Shown: positions 7,550-17,102, counted from the stretch's first letter. The stretch is DNA of 37,333 bases from Desulforudis sp. (GCA_014859075.1 JACUUW010000001.1:1-37333), one strand, 5' to 3'. Numbers and translations: made by a program. Notes: generated by a model not told the origin, from the sequence alone.

Positions 7550-8410
7550 CTAGTACGCCGACTTCGGGGCTCCCATCCGATATTTGCCCTGTGTGTCCAG
7601 TCCCCCGATCCCCGGGTAACGGGTGATTGTGGCTTCAATCACTTCTTTCAGCACTATCGGTTTATGGACCGGAGTGTAAGCGACCTTCTCCACTACGAAC
7701 ACCGGGTCAAAGGCGTGGATCAGCACGCGTTCCGGCGCGCTCGCAAAGTTGGCGCCGGCGTCCAAGAGCGCCTCGTAATACGACTGGCAGGCTCCGGCAA
7801 AAATCACCAGATCGTCGCGGTTCTTTTCGTAGTCGCGCGCCACCCGCACCGCCTCCAAGAAGTGACGGGAATTACGGTAGTTGTTGATGTCCCTGAAATC
7901 CGTACTCCCCTTCTTTAAGGCGTCATGCCCGGTGAGGACGAGGATGTCGGGGTTGTGTTCTCTTAATAGATCGGCCACCCTCACCGGCTGGTCCGGTTCC
8001 GAAATGAAGTATCCCTTCGCGGGTACCCCCAGCTGACGGTAAGTGGTGTTGCACAAATCAAGGTAATCCTGATCCCCGTCCAGATGCAGAACTTTTCCCG
8101 GCACGTCGAAGGTGGCCACTTTTTTTCCCCGGTTCCAACCCTCATTCAATTCTTCCTTCCGGCGCTGGAAACAGCGGCGCACTAGATCATTCCCGGTCGT
8201 CATCACCTTGCGCCAGTGCTGGGCGACCTTATCGGAACTGATCTTCTCCAAGTCGGAAACCGGCGCGTCGGCACAAAGCCGGATGTCAATACCCCTTAGT
8301 GCGGCCCAGCGCTGTCCGTCCTCGCGATCATATAGGCTGCACACTTTAAAATACAGATCGAAATTATACGACTTACGGGCTACGATGTCGCCTTCCTTGA
8401 GATTACTCAT
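7550..8410 (-). CDS. yabG: Sporulation-specific protease YabG (peptidase U57)
   Basis: Close colinear match to B. subtilis YabG (GDIVARKSY..., PGKVLHLDGD, ILVLTGHDA, VIFAGACQS, GANFASAP, HAFDPV). I chose the ATG at 8410. Confidence 0.9.
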   Translation of the reverse strand: MSNLKEGDIVARKSYNFDLYFKVCSLYDREDGQRWAALRGIDIRLCADAPVSDLEKISSDKVAQHWRKVMTTGNDLVRRCFQRRKEELNEGWNRGKKVATFDVPGKVLHLDGDQDYLDLCNTTYRQLGVPAKGYFISEPDQPVRVADLLREHNPDILVLTGHDALKKGSTDFRDINNYRNSRHFLEAVRVARDYEKNRDDLVIFAGACQSYYEALLDAGANFASAPERVLIHAFDPVFVVEKVAYTPVHKPIVLKEVIEATITRYPGIGGLDTQGKYRMGAPKSAY

Positions 8411-8535
8411 GGCGTGTGGCTCCTTCCCCTGGGCTTTGTTCCATACTATGAAGGAAGCAACTTTTGGGAACTTTGGCAAAGCACAAGGCCGCCATATTTT
8501 CAATATATTGGAAAAAGGAAGGTGGCTTGTGAAGA

Positions 8536-9345
8536 TTGCTCTGTGTGGTAATACCGGTACAAAACGAAGAGGACCGCCTGGGACGCGTACTTGCCAACGT
8601 CCTGTCCCTGCCTGTCGATCTGGTCCTGCCGGTGTTAAACGGCAGCCGGGACAATTCGCGCCGGATCATCGAATCCTATCCGAAAGACCTGGTGAAATTG
8701 ATCCACTTTGACGAACCCCTGGGCATCGACATCCCACGGGCCGTGGGCGCTTTCCACGCGCACCGGCTGGGAGCCGACGCCGTGTTGTTTGTCGACGGGG
8801 ATATGGTGGGCAAGATTCGGGGTACCCTGGAGAAACTGATAAAGGCGGTGGGTGGTGTCGACTTGTGCCTGACCGACTGCTACCCGGCCGAGGGGCGCAG
8901 GCGGGAGACCCCGATAGTGGAACAACTCCTGGAGTTCAGGAGACAACTGAACCAAGCCCTGGGGCTGGAACACCTGGGCACCGCTTCACCTTCGCATGGA
9001 CCGCACGCTGTGTCCAGGCGTTTTCTGGACACCGTTGGGTTCCGGGAGTTGGGGGTTCCGCCGCTCGCCTTGGTGTTCGCGGCCCGCCGGGGGCTCAGCA
9101 TCGGGATTACGGCCTCCCTCCCCCACTGTGAGTTGGGTTCCTCCGATCGGGGTCCGCGGCACGCCCAACTGATCGCCGAAACCATCATCGGGGATCATCT
9201 GGAGGCCTTCTGCGTTCTTGCGGGCCGAGAAAGATCCCGCAATCGGGACGGTGTCACCTACGATGGCTACCACCACACCCGTCGCTGGGATCTCCTGGAA
9301 AGCCTAAGATCCTCATATCGGCAAGGGGCCCGGCGTTCCCGGTAG
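8536..9345 (+). CDS. Glycosyltransferase family 2-like protein (divergent)
   Basis: The N-terminus VVIPVQNEEDRL...FVDGDM resembles the GT-A fold. The usual DDGS.D is replaced by LNGSRDN. The start is TTG. Confidence 0.55.
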   Translation: MLCVVIPVQNEEDRLGRVLANVLSLPVDLVLPVLNGSRDNSRRIIESYPKDLVKLIHFDEPLGIDIPRAVGAFHAHRLGADAVLFVDGDMVGKIRGTLEKLIKAVGGVDLCLTDCYPAEGRRRETPIVEQLLEFRRQLNQALGLEHLGTASPSHGPHAVSRRFLDTVGFRELGVPPLALVFAARRGLSIGITASLPHCELGSSDRGPRHAQLIAETIIGDHLEAFCVLAGRERSRNRDGVTYDGYHHTRRWDLLESLRSSYRQGARRSR

Positions 9346-9366
9346 GAAAACCCCGGACCTGACCGC

Positions 9367-9846
9367 CTACTTGGTATGCCTGTCCGCCACCGAGGAGGCG
9401 CCGTAAGCATCTGGTTTTATTCTGGCCCGGAAACCACTGCCGGTGACCATGCCCACCACTTCGCGGATCAGGTCCTTGGTTTCACCGTGCGTACCGGCGT
9501 CGATGTGGATTTCAACCTTCAGATCCTCGTCGTCGCCGCCCAGGTCGGCAAACCTCTTGGCCACCATCCCGCCCAGTTCCAGGCTGAGTGCAGTCTCAAA
9601 AAAGATCTTCTGTCTCAGGCTCTTTATCTTGCGGTGACTCTTCTTCCGGTAGTAGTAACGGGCTCCCTTCCCCAGCCGGTGGATGATTACCGCCGTGATA
9701 AACAGGGTGTTCCCCCTGGCGACCTGCGAGTCGGTACCGATAATGACCTTGTACGAAGAGGACGGTAAACCGGTGATGTAGCCGAGCATGTCTTCCATCA
9801 TCTGTTCAAAAGTCAAACGCCCTTTTGTCGGGCTGTTCAGGAACAA
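9367..9846 (-). CDS. YkuK/DUF458 family RNase H-like protein
   Basis: Motifs IGTDSQ, ITAVIIHRLGKGARYYY, IHIDAG and RIKPDAYGASSVADRHTK match my recollection of B. subtilis YkuK. Confidence 0.7.
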   Translation of the reverse strand: MFLNSPTKGRLTFEQMMEDMLGYITGLPSSSYKVIIGTDSQVARGNTLFITAVIIHRLGKGARYYYRKKSHRKIKSLRQKIFFETALSLELGGMVAKRFADLGGDDEDLKVEIHIDAGTHGETKDLIREVVGMVTGSGFRARIKPDAYGASSVADRHTK

Positions 9847-9879
9847 TATGCCTCACTTCCCCTGTTACCGATACTAATA

Positions 9880-10803
9880 TTATACCACGGCTGGAGGGTC
9901 AAAGCCCATTTGGGCACAGGCGTCTGCAATAATTCCAAATTCCTCCGGTGTCAACGTCTCACCGCGGGCCTGCGGGTCCAGTCCGACGTCCCGAATAAGC
10001 CGCGTCCAAGCCTTCCGATCCAACCCGGGAATGCAGTGGTCCAGGGCGTTCGGGAGCATCTTCCGGCGCTGTCCGAAAGCGGCCCGCACGATCCGGAAAT
10101 AGAGGTCCGGTCGCAGGACCGATACGGCGGGCTGCTCGCGCTTGAAAAGTCTGATTATGGCCGAGTCCACCGCCGGAGGCGGGTAGAAGCAGTGCCGGGA
10201 AACACGCCAGAAAACCTCCGCCCTGGTGTGATAGCAGACCAGCACGGTCAACGCCCCGTATGCCTTGGTTCCGGGTTCGGCGACCATCCTTTCGGCCGTT
10301 TCCCGCTGAACCATCAGCACCATGCGCTCAAAACCATAACCCGCTTCCAGGAAACCGGCGATAAAAGGACTGGTAATGTAGTAAGGTAGGTTGGCGACCA
10401 CCTTAAAGGGAACATCCCGCATTCCTTCCGCCGGTCCGACCTCCGGCGACTGACGCCCAACCACCGTTTTAAGTAGGGCGTCGTAATCGACCTCCAGGGC
10501 GTCGGCCTGGATCAGCCGCACCCGGTCCGCGTAATCACTCAACACGTCCCGCAGCACCAGCAGCAATCCGGCATCCAGTTCAACAGCCACCACCCGCGCC
10601 CCGTCTTCGACCAAACGCCGGGTGAGCGCGCCCAAGCCGGGCCCGATCTCCACGACCAGGTCCCCCGCCCGGATTTCGGCCGCCTCCAGGATCTTGTCCA
10701 GCACGCCGGCGGCCACCAGGAAATTCTGGCCCCGGGACTTGCGGGGTCTTAAGCCGTACGCCGCCAGCAGGCGGCGCACCTCTCCGATTCTTGTCAGTTC
10801 CAT
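9880..10803 (-). CDS. rsmA: 16S rRNA (adenine1518/1519-N6)-dimethyltransferase RsmA/KsgA
   Basis: Family motifs are present (GQNFL, VVEIGPGLGALT, NLPYYITSP) and the position next to yabE is conserved. Confidence 0.95.
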   Translation of the reverse strand: MELTRIGEVRRLLAAYGLRPRKSRGQNFLVAAGVLDKILEAAEIRAGDLVVEIGPGLGALTRRLVEDGARVVAVELDAGLLLVLRDVLSDYADRVRLIQADALEVDYDALLKTVVGRQSPEVGPAEGMRDVPFKVVANLPYYITSPFIAGFLEAGYGFERMVLMVQRETAERMVAEPGTKAYGALTVLVCYHTRAEVFWRVSRHCFYPPPAVDSAIIRLFKREQPAVSVLRPDLYFRIVRAAFGQRRKMLPNALDHCIPGLDRKAWTRLIRDVGLDPQARGETLTPEEFGIIADACAQMGFDPPAVV

Positions 10804-10871
10804 CGCTTCTCATTTCCCGTCTGGTAGGAGTATTATTTCCAAATCCAGGTTAAATAACGGAAGTCGCGGGC

Positions 10872-10902
10872 GAAAATATAAAGAGGAGCTGGGAGCCCCT
10901 CT
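10872..10902 (-). terminator. Probable terminator after the yabE-like gene
   Basis: Minus strand stem AGAGGGGCT / AGCTCCTCT with one mismatch, then TTATATTTTC. Confidence 0.45.
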
Positions 10903-11913
10903 CTAGTCGAGTACGTACACGTTCACCGTTCGGCGGCCCCACCGGAGGGCCTCCTGCGGGGTGGTGAAGAATACGTCTATCCGCTCGCCTTTGATACTCC
11001 GGCCTATATCCATGGCCGTACCGTATCCGTACCCGTCTATATAAAGCCGGGTGCCCAAAGGAATTACCCTGGGGTCTACAGCCACCGTGCCCGGACCGGG
11101 GGGTTTACCGGTAGCCGTGTTATTGCCGGTATAGGTGTAGGCTGTGGCCACGGCCTGGAAACTACGTTCGAACCTTATTTCCTGACCCCCACGCGAAACG
11201 GTATCGGCCATCCCCACCAGCAACACCTGGCTGCGGGGCTTGGAAAGCACTTCACAACTCACCAGTTCCCGGCGCAACTCATCCCCATCGTGATAGACAA
11301 CCCGCCAGGTTTCCCGAACCACTCCGTCCTCACCCTGGGCCAACACCTTGGTCCGCCCCTTGAGCATGTCGTAAGCAGGGCGGCGCTCCACCCCGTGCGC
11401 CGTCCTGACCTCTTGTTCCTCAACCACGGTGGTCACCCGGGCAACACTGACCTCCATTCCTTCGGTCAGGGACGCCCATCTGGACGGCCTCACCAGGTCG
11501 GCATCGTTCAATTTCACGCCGGCCTCCTTTAGAAAGCAGTCCACAGTGCGGGCCGTGGTCCACTCCTCCCATTCCCGGCCGTCTACCCGGACCACCACTG
11601 GAACCGCCCGCCGGATCGAGATTCGAATCCCGTCATAAAGCACCGACTCCGGTACCGGTGAAACCCGATCCCAATCACCGATTCCAATCCGTTCCCGCTC
11701 CAGAACGTCGGCCACCGTACCGCCGCGGAAAACCCGCACCCTGAAAAGCTCCCCGTCGTCCTCTATGATCACGTTCATTTTCGCCCAGGCGTACACCCCC
11801 GGAGTCAACCCCAGCGACAGCAGCAGGAAAACGATCAGCCCAACTATTGTTCTCCGGACTCGTGCCCGCGCCTTTCGCTCCTCATTTCCGCTTGTCAAAC
11901 TATACCATCCCAT
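10903..11913 (-). CDS. yabE: YabE-like protein (DUF348 repeats, G5 domain, 3D domain)
   Basis: One N-terminal TM helix. The C-terminal 3D domain reads ATAYT..G..TATG....GTVAVDP.VIPLGT.LYI.GYG...A.D.G..IKG..IDV. ATG 11913 follows GGTGA. Confidence 0.85.
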   Translation of the reverse strand: MGWYSLTSGNEERKARARVRRTIVGLIVFLLLSLGLTPGVYAWAKMNVIIEDDGELFRVRVFRGGTVADVLERERIGIGDWDRVSPVPESVLYDGIRISIRRAVPVVVRVDGREWEEWTTARTVDCFLKEAGVKLNDADLVRPSRWASLTEGMEVSVARVTTVVEEQEVRTAHGVERRPAYDMLKGRTKVLAQGEDGVVRETWRVVYHDGDELRRELVSCEVLSKPRSQVLLVGMADTVSRGGQEIRFERSFQAVATAYTYTGNNTATGKPPGPGTVAVDPRVIPLGTRLYIDGYGYGTAMDIGRSIKGERIDVFFTTPQEALRWGRRTVNVYVLD

Positions 11914-12024
11914 CTTAATCACCACTTAAGTGGATTCTACCTGCGCGGCGGGTTTCCTGCCTTAGGATTCAAAATCGGCCGAAGGCTCTCGTCCCCAAGC
12001 TATGCCACCAACCTATGAACGGTG

Positions 12025-12555
12025 TCAGAACTCTATGCCCCTTTGGGCCGCTATCCCGGCGTGGTACGGGTGCTTCACCTCGCGCATCTCCGTGACCAGG
12101 TCGGCCCGGGCCACGATCTCGGGCGGCGCGCCCCGGCCGGTCAGCACCAGATGCATCCCGGGCGGCCTCAGGGAAATCAACGTCAGCAACTCCTCTAACG
12201 ACACCAGGCTTAAGCCCAGGGCACACAAGGCTTCGTCCAGGATCACCAGGTCGTGAAGTCCGGACTGCAGCGCCGCCCGGGCCTCCGCCAGTGCTTGCCC
12301 GGCAGCCTCCCGGTGTCGGGAAAGCCCCTGTTCTTCTCCCGGATGCACAAAGCCCGCGCCCACGGATCGGATCTCCAGGCCGGCCAACCCCGCGGCTGCT
12401 TTAATTTCTCCGGTTTCCCAGCCGCCCTTCACAAACTGGAGCACCAGCACCCTCATCCCGTGACCGACGGCGCGCAGGGCCAAGCCCAGGGCGGCGGTAG
12501 TCTTGCCCTTGCCATCCCCCGTGAAAACCAGCACCAGACCTTTTCGGTCGCTCAC
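12025..12555 (-). CDS. cobO: Cob(I)yrinic acid a,c-diamide adenosyltransferase (CobO/BtuR type)
   Basis: P-loop-like GDGKGKTTAALG, LVLQFVKG, ILDE, and C-terminal EMREVKHPYHAGIAAQRGIEF. Confidence 0.85.
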   Translation of the reverse strand: MSDRKGLVLVFTGDGKGKTTAALGLALRAVGHGMRVLVLQFVKGGWETGEIKAAAGLAGLEIRSVGAGFVHPGEEQGLSRHREAAGQALAEARAALQSGLHDLVILDEALCALGLSLVSLEELLTLISLRPPGMHLVLTGRGAPPEIVARADLVTEMREVKHPYHAGIAAQRGIEF

Positions 12556-12581
12556 GACAAATCCCTCCCCGCCCCACCTTT

Positions 12582-13358
12582 TTACCTTCCCTGACCTTCA
12601 AGGTTGAAAAAAGCACGGGCGTTGGCGGTGGTAATCTCGGCCAAGCGTTCCAGGGAGACACCGCGCAGTCCGGCCACGAAGGCGGCGGTGTGGTACAGAT
12701 AGCCTGGTTCGTTGCGGTGTCCCCGCCTGGGCGCCGGAGCCAGGTAGGGTGCATCGGTCTCCAGCAGCAGGCGGTCTTCCGGCACCTTCCGGGCCACTTC
12801 GCAGAGCGCCGCCGCCCCCTTGAAGGTGACCACGCCGGCCAGGGAAATGTAACAGCCCAACTCGAGAAACGACCGGGCCGCCTCCCAGTCTCCACCGAAA
12901 CAATGCATTACGGCCCCCGTCCACCGCGCCTCCCGTAGCAGGGCAAAGGTATCCGCCGTCGCTTGCCGGCTATGGACGACAACCGGCAGGCCCACCTCCG
13001 CGGCCAGGTCCAGTTGGGCGGCGAAAACCTCCCGCTGCACCGGGCGCGGTGAAAAATCATAGTGGTAGTCCAGGCCGATCTCTCCAACGGCCACCACCCG
13101 CGGCCGCAAGGCCAGGCGGCGCACTTCCGCCAGGTATCCCGGCGCGGCGCCGGCGGCATCGTGCGGGTGCACCCCCACGGCCGCAAACACGGACGGGTTT
13201 TCGTCCGCTAGATTGACGGCCGCCCGGGCCGACTCGAGGTCGTCGGCCACGGTCACAATAAGGCCCACCCCCGCGTCCCTCGCCCGGTCCAGAACTTGTT
13301 TCCGGTCCTCGGCAAAGCGGATGTGGTCCAGGTGGGCGTGTGTATCGACCAGGAACAT
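12582..13358 (-). CDS. tatD: TatD-family metal-dependent DNase/hydrolase (YabD)
   Basis: MFLVDTHAHLD, GVHPH, EIGLDY, VVVHSR and ETDAPYLAP motifs, in the conserved position after metG. Confidence 0.9.
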   Translation of the reverse strand: MFLVDTHAHLDHIRFAEDRKQVLDRARDAGVGLIVTVADDLESARAAVNLADENPSVFAAVGVHPHDAAGAAPGYLAEVRRLALRPRVVAVGEIGLDYHYDFSPRPVQREVFAAQLDLAAEVGLPVVVHSRQATADTFALLREARWTGAVMHCFGGDWEAARSFLELGCYISLAGVVTFKGAAALCEVARKVPEDRLLLETDAPYLAPAPRRGHRNEPGYLYHTAAFVAGLRGVSLERLAEITTANARAFFNLEGQGR

Positions 13359-13359
13359 G

Positions 13360-14913
13360 CTATTTGCCGACCTCCAGGCGTGGGAAGAGCGGCGCCCCGC
13401 GCGCGATCCGCGTGCCGACCGGCAGGCGGCCCCAGGTCAGAGATTCCCAGGTCTGCAACTCCGGTTGGTCGGAGATGCCCAGCTGGTCCCAGACCCGGGC
13501 CGGGAGGCCGGGCATGAACGGCGACAGCAGCACCGTGGCGATCCGGTAGGACTCGGCCAGGTTGTACATTACGGTGGCCATGCGTTCGCTGTGCTCCGGA
13601 TCCTTGGCCAGAACCCAGGGCGCCGTCTCTTCAATGTATTTGTTCGCCCGCCCGGCCAACTTCATAACCGCCCCCAGGGCCGCGGACAGGTCAAGCTGAT
13701 CCACCAACCCGGCCACCTCGCCCGGAGTGATCAGGGCCAGGTCAATCAGTTCCCGGTCCAACGGGTCGTCGGCGGGCCGGGGAGCTTTGATCTCTCCATC
13801 CAGGTACTTGTTGATCATCGCCGTGATCCGGCTCAACAGGTTGCCCAGGTCGTTCGCCAGGTCGACGTTGATACGCCGGATCAGGTTTTCTTCGGAGTAG
13901 TAGCCGTCAACCCCGAAGAGCATCTCGCGGAGCAGGTAGTAGCGGATGGCGTCGACCCCGTACTTGTCGATCAGTACCAACGGGTCGACGACGTTACCCT
14001 TGGATTTGGACATTTTCCCGCTGTCCAACATGAGCCAGCCGTGCCCGACCACCCGGCGGGGCAGCGGAACGCCGGCCGCCATCAGGATGATCGGCCAGAT
14101 GATGCAGTGGAAACGGACGATGTCCTTGCCCACCAGGTGCACCGCCGGCCAGTAACGCCGGTACAGTGTATCGTCCTTCGCCCCGTAGTTCAGAGCGGAG
14201 ATGTAGTTGGTCAGGGCGTCAACCCAGACGTAAATCACGTGCTTCGGGTCGAAAGGAACCGGGATGCCCCAGTCGAAAGTGGTCCGGGATACGCAGAGAT
14301 CTTCCAGCCCCATCTTGATAAAGCTCACCACTTCGTTGCGCCGCGACACCGGTTGAATGAAATCAGGGTGCCGCTCGATGTGGGCGAGCAAACGGTCGGC
14401 GTAGCGCGACATCCGGAAAAAATAGCTCTCCTCGGCGACCAACTCGACCGGCCGCCCGCAATCGGGGCAGTTCCCATCCCCCACTTGGCGCTCGGTCCAA
14501 AAGGCTTCGCAAGGGGTGCAATATAGACCCTCATAAGACGACTTGTAGATGTCGCCCTGCTCGTGAAGCCGGCGGAAGATCTCGGTCACCACCCGTTTGT
14601 GACGCTCCTCCGTGGTCCGGATGAAATCCGAATACTCGATGTCAAGCTGCGACCAGAGGTGCTTGAAACCGGCGACGATCTCGTCGACGTATTCCTTCGG
14701 GCTTTTGCCCCGGGCCGCCGCCATGCGTTCGATTTTTTGGCCGTGTTCGTCGGAACCCGTCAGGAAATAGACATCATAGCCGGTGAGCTTTTTGAATCGG
14801 GCGACCGTATCCGCCGCTACTGTCGTATAGGCGTGCCCGATATGAAGATTGTCACTCGGATAGTAAATCGGGGTCGTGATGTAAAAAGTCGGTCTAGCCA
14901 GCACCAAGGTCAC
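13360..14913 (-). CDS. metG: Methionine--tRNA ligase
   Basis: HIGHAY (HIGH) and KMSKS motifs plus a CPDCG zinc knuckle. The start is ambiguous within about 9 nt (GTG, TTG or GTG). Confidence 0.95.
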   Translation of the reverse strand: MTLVLARPTFYITTPIYYPSDNLHIGHAYTTVAADTVARFKKLTGYDVYFLTGSDEHGQKIERMAAARGKSPKEYVDEIVAGFKHLWSQLDIEYSDFIRTTEERHKRVVTEIFRRLHEQGDIYKSSYEGLYCTPCEAFWTERQVGDGNCPDCGRPVELVAEESYFFRMSRYADRLLAHIERHPDFIQPVSRRNEVVSFIKMGLEDLCVSRTTFDWGIPVPFDPKHVIYVWVDALTNYISALNYGAKDDTLYRRYWPAVHLVGKDIVRFHCIIWPIILMAAGVPLPRRVVGHGWLMLDSGKMSKSKGNVVDPLVLIDKYGVDAIRYYLLREMLFGVDGYYSEENLIRRINVDLANDLGNLLSRITAMINKYLDGEIKAPRPADDPLDRELIDLALITPGEVAGLVDQLDLSAALGAVMKLAGRANKYIEETAPWVLAKDPEHSERMATVMYNLAESYRIATVLLSPFMPGLPARVWDQLGISDQPELQTWESLTWGRLPVGTRIARGAPLFPRLEVGK

Positions 14914-15022
14914 TTCCCTTCCCGAATCATACCGAAAATTCTATCCACGGTTCCGGTGGTTGTCAAGTTTTCCTAGTCTTGTGTATGAAATGAAATCTCT
15001 GTAAAATTTTTTGAAAAACCCG

Positions 15023-15051
15023 TTGACTTTTAATGGAATGCTTGGTACCAT
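15023..15051 (+). promoter_or_regulatory. Candidate sigmaA promoter of abrB (TTGACT-N17-TACCAT)
   Basis: Hexamers and the 17-nt spacer were read directly. The site lies about 60 nt upstream of the abrB start. Confidence 0.4.
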
Positions 15052-15076
15052 TTACTTGCGCTTTTTTGTTTATTTC

Positions 15077-15083
15077 TGTCGAA
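15077..15083 (+). promoter_or_regulatory. Consensus Spo0A box TGTCGAA downstream of the abrB promoter
   Basis: Exact match to TGNCGAA, about 26 nt past the -10 hexamer. This is analogous to Spo0A repression of abrB in Bacillus. Confidence 0.35.
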
Positions 15084-15111
15084 AGCCACAAAGTAAGGGG
15101 GAGGGAGAGTT

Positions 15112-15366
15112 TTGAAGTCGACAGGTATTGTGCGCAAGGTGGACGAGCTTGGCAGGGTGGTTATTCCCATCGAGCTCCGCAGAACGCTCGGCATCGAAGA
15201 AAAAGACGCGCTGGAGATTTACGTAGACAATGAGAAGATTATTCTCAAGAAGTACGAACCGGCTTGTGTCTTTTGCGGAAACGCGGGCGATGTCCAGCAC
15301 TACCGCGGAAAACTCGTCTGTCGCCATTGCGCGGAAGAGATGTTCCAAAAATCCCAGGCTATGTAG
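15112..15366 (+). CDS. abrB: Transition-state regulator AbrB
   Basis: The first 50 or so residues (MKSTGIVRKVDELGRVVIPIELRRTLGI.EKDALEIYVD.EKIILKKY) are almost identical to B. subtilis AbrB. TTG start after GGGGGAGGGAGAG. Confidence 0.9.
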   Translation: MKSTGIVRKVDELGRVVIPIELRRTLGIEEKDALEIYVDNEKIILKKYEPACVFCGNAGDVQHYRGKLVCRHCAEEMFQKSQAM

Positions 15367-15391
15367 CCGGTTAAATTAAAAGAGTTTTTCC

Positions 15392-15418
15392 GAATGGGGG
15401 GCTGTGCGCCCCCCATTC
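15392..15418. terminator. GC-rich hairpin between convergent abrB and rsmI
   Basis: GAATGGGGGGC / GCCCCCCATTC forms an 11-bp stem. The U-tract is weak on both strands. It overlaps the last 2 nt of the rsmI stop codon. Confidence 0.5.
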
Positions 15419-16280
15419 ACTTTGGGTCATCTACGACGGGTTTGTTTTCACCCAATCCCGCAAGCAAGATACCGTATAGTTCACGGCGGCCAATCCCGTG
15501 CCGGCGCGCCACCTCCCGGAGCGCCTCCGCCCGGCTTCGGCCCCGGGCTTGCAGCTCGGCGACTTCGGCCGTCATCGTTTCCCGGTCCACGGGAACCGGT
15601 TTTGCTTCCCCGGCCGCCCCCTCCAGTACCAGAGTGATCTCCCCCCGGGCGGGATGGTTGCTGAAATGGTTCCGGGCCTCGCGCACCGTGCCCCGGAAGA
15701 CCTCCTCGTACTGCTTGGTCAATTCCCGGGCCACGGCCACTTTCCTGTCACCCAGCACGCTCAGGATATCTTCCAGCGTCGACGCCAGCCGCTGCGGCGA
15801 TTCAAACAACACGATCGTGCGCCGTTCCTCCTGAAGCGCCTCCAGGGCCCGTTTGCGCCCCTTGCGGGGCAGAAACCCCTCGAACACAAACCGGTCGGTC
15901 CGTAGACCGGAAACCACCAGCGCGGCCAAGACCGCGCTCGGGCCGGGTACCGAAACCACGGTAATCCCTTCCCGGATGGCTTGGGCCACCAGTTCAGAGC
16001 CCGGATCAGAAATTCCGGGGGTACCGGCGTCGGACACCAGGGCGACCGACGCACCCTGCTTCAGCCGCGCCAGTATCCCGCCCGCTTTTTCCCCCCGGCT
16101 GTAGGCGTGAAAACTGGTCAGCGAGGTCCGGATCCCGTAGTGGCTCAGAAGCTTTCTGGTGTGGCGGGTGTCCTCGGCCACAACCAAGTCGACTTCAGCC
16201 AACAGGCGCAAAACGCGCAAGCTGATGTCCTCCAAGTTTCCGATCGGCGTACCACAAAGGTACAGTGTGCCTGTGCCCAT
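15417..16280 (-). CDS. rsmI: 16S rRNA (cytidine1402-2'-O)-methyltransferase RsmI
   Basis: LYLCGTPIGNLEDIS, AEDTR and SDAGTPGISDPG motifs. Confidence 0.9.
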   Translation of the reverse strand: MGTGTLYLCGTPIGNLEDISLRVLRLLAEVDLVVAEDTRHTRKLLSHYGIRTSLTSFHAYSRGEKAGGILARLKQGASVALVSDAGTPGISDPGSELVAQAIREGITVVSVPGPSAVLAALVVSGLRTDRFVFEGFLPRKGRKRALEALQEERRTIVLFESPQRLASTLEDILSVLGDRKVAVARELTKQYEEVFRGTVREARNHFSNHPARGEITLVLEGAAGEAKPVPVDRETMTAEVAELQARGRSRAEALREVARRHGIGRRELYGILLAGLGENKPVVDDPK

Positions 16281-16289
16281 AACAACCGC

Positions 16290-17102
16290 CTAACGCTTGG
16301 CGCAAAGCTTCACTTCTTTCAGCGGGAAGTACTGGACGTGTTTTGACTCTTTCAACTCCACGGTGACCGTGTCTTTGAAGATGTTGACCCCCGTGACTTT
16401 GCCCTCCCCGGCCGGCGTCTCCACCCGGGTGCCCACGTCGGGGTAGGCGCCCCGGGCATGCTCGTACACCGCACTCTCGTATTTCAGGCAGCACATCAAG
16501 CGCCCGCAGATGCCTGAGATCTTGGCCGGGTTGAGCGAAAGGTTCTGCTCCTTGGCCATTCGGATGGATACCGGCGTAAACTCACGCAACCAGGACGCGC
16601 AGCACAGTTCCCGTCCGCAACCTCCCAACCCGCCCAGCATTTTCGCCTCGTCCCGCACTCCGATCTGGCGCAACTCGATCCGGGTTCGGAACACCGAAGC
16701 CAAATCGCGAACCAGTTCCCGGAAATCGACCCGGCCCTCGGCCGTAAAGTAGAAGATTATTTTGCTGGCGTCAAAGGTATAGTCCACTCCGACCAGTTTC
16801 ATGGGCAGCCCGTGGGCGTTTATTTTGTCCACCCCGATCCGGAAGGCGCGCGCCTCCTTTTCCCGTAATTCTTCCAGGCGGTTCAAGTCTTCTTCGGTCG
16901 CCTTGCGCACCACCGGCTTGAGCATCTGTTCGCCGTCATCCGCCTTCCGGGAGCACGATTCACTGACCACGGTACCGTACTCCAGCCCCCGCACCGTTTC
17001 GACGATCACGCCTTCGCCGACCTCCAGCTTTAAAGCGCCGGGATCAAAATAGTACGTCTTACCTGTGTTCTTAAACTGTATTCCAACCACTTGCCGTGTC
17101 AT
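16290..17102 (-). CDS. yaaT: PSP1-domain protein YaaT/RicT
   Basis: VVGIQFK..GK.YYFDP and the cysteine cluster GGCGRELCCASWL..CGRLMCCLKYE. It lies in the conserved position after holB. Confidence 0.9.
   Translation of the reverse strand: MTRQVVGIQFKNTGKTYYFDPGALKLEVGEGVIVETVRGLEYGTVVSESCSRKADDGEQMLKPVVRKATEEDLNRLEELREKEARAFRIGVDKINAHGLPMKLVGVDYTFDASKIIFYFTAEGRVDFRELVRDLASVFRTRIELRQIGVRDEAKMLGGLGGCGRELCCASWLREFTPVSIRMAKEQNLSLNPAKISGICGRLMCCLKYESAVYEHARGAYPDVGTRVETPAGEGKVTGVNIFKDTVTVELKESKHVQYFPLKEVKLCAKR

Noticed and set aside
13213-14526. A 437-aa plus-strand ORF, and similar long antisense ORFs at 19531..20451, 23913..25286, 29040..29984 and 32380..33372
   Set aside because: Each lies fully antisense to a gene with clear family motifs or a strong RBS (metG, the decarboxylase, the beta-helix gene, the coiled-coil gene, GH31). 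Each has an Arg/Pro/Gly-rich composition typical of GC-rich shadow frames.
14914-15022. T-box leader upstream of metG
   Set aside because: The whole metG-abrB divergent spacer is under 200 nt. I see no specifier-loop or T-box (AATTAGGGTGGTACCGCG-like) sequence. The region is too short for a T-box riboswitch.
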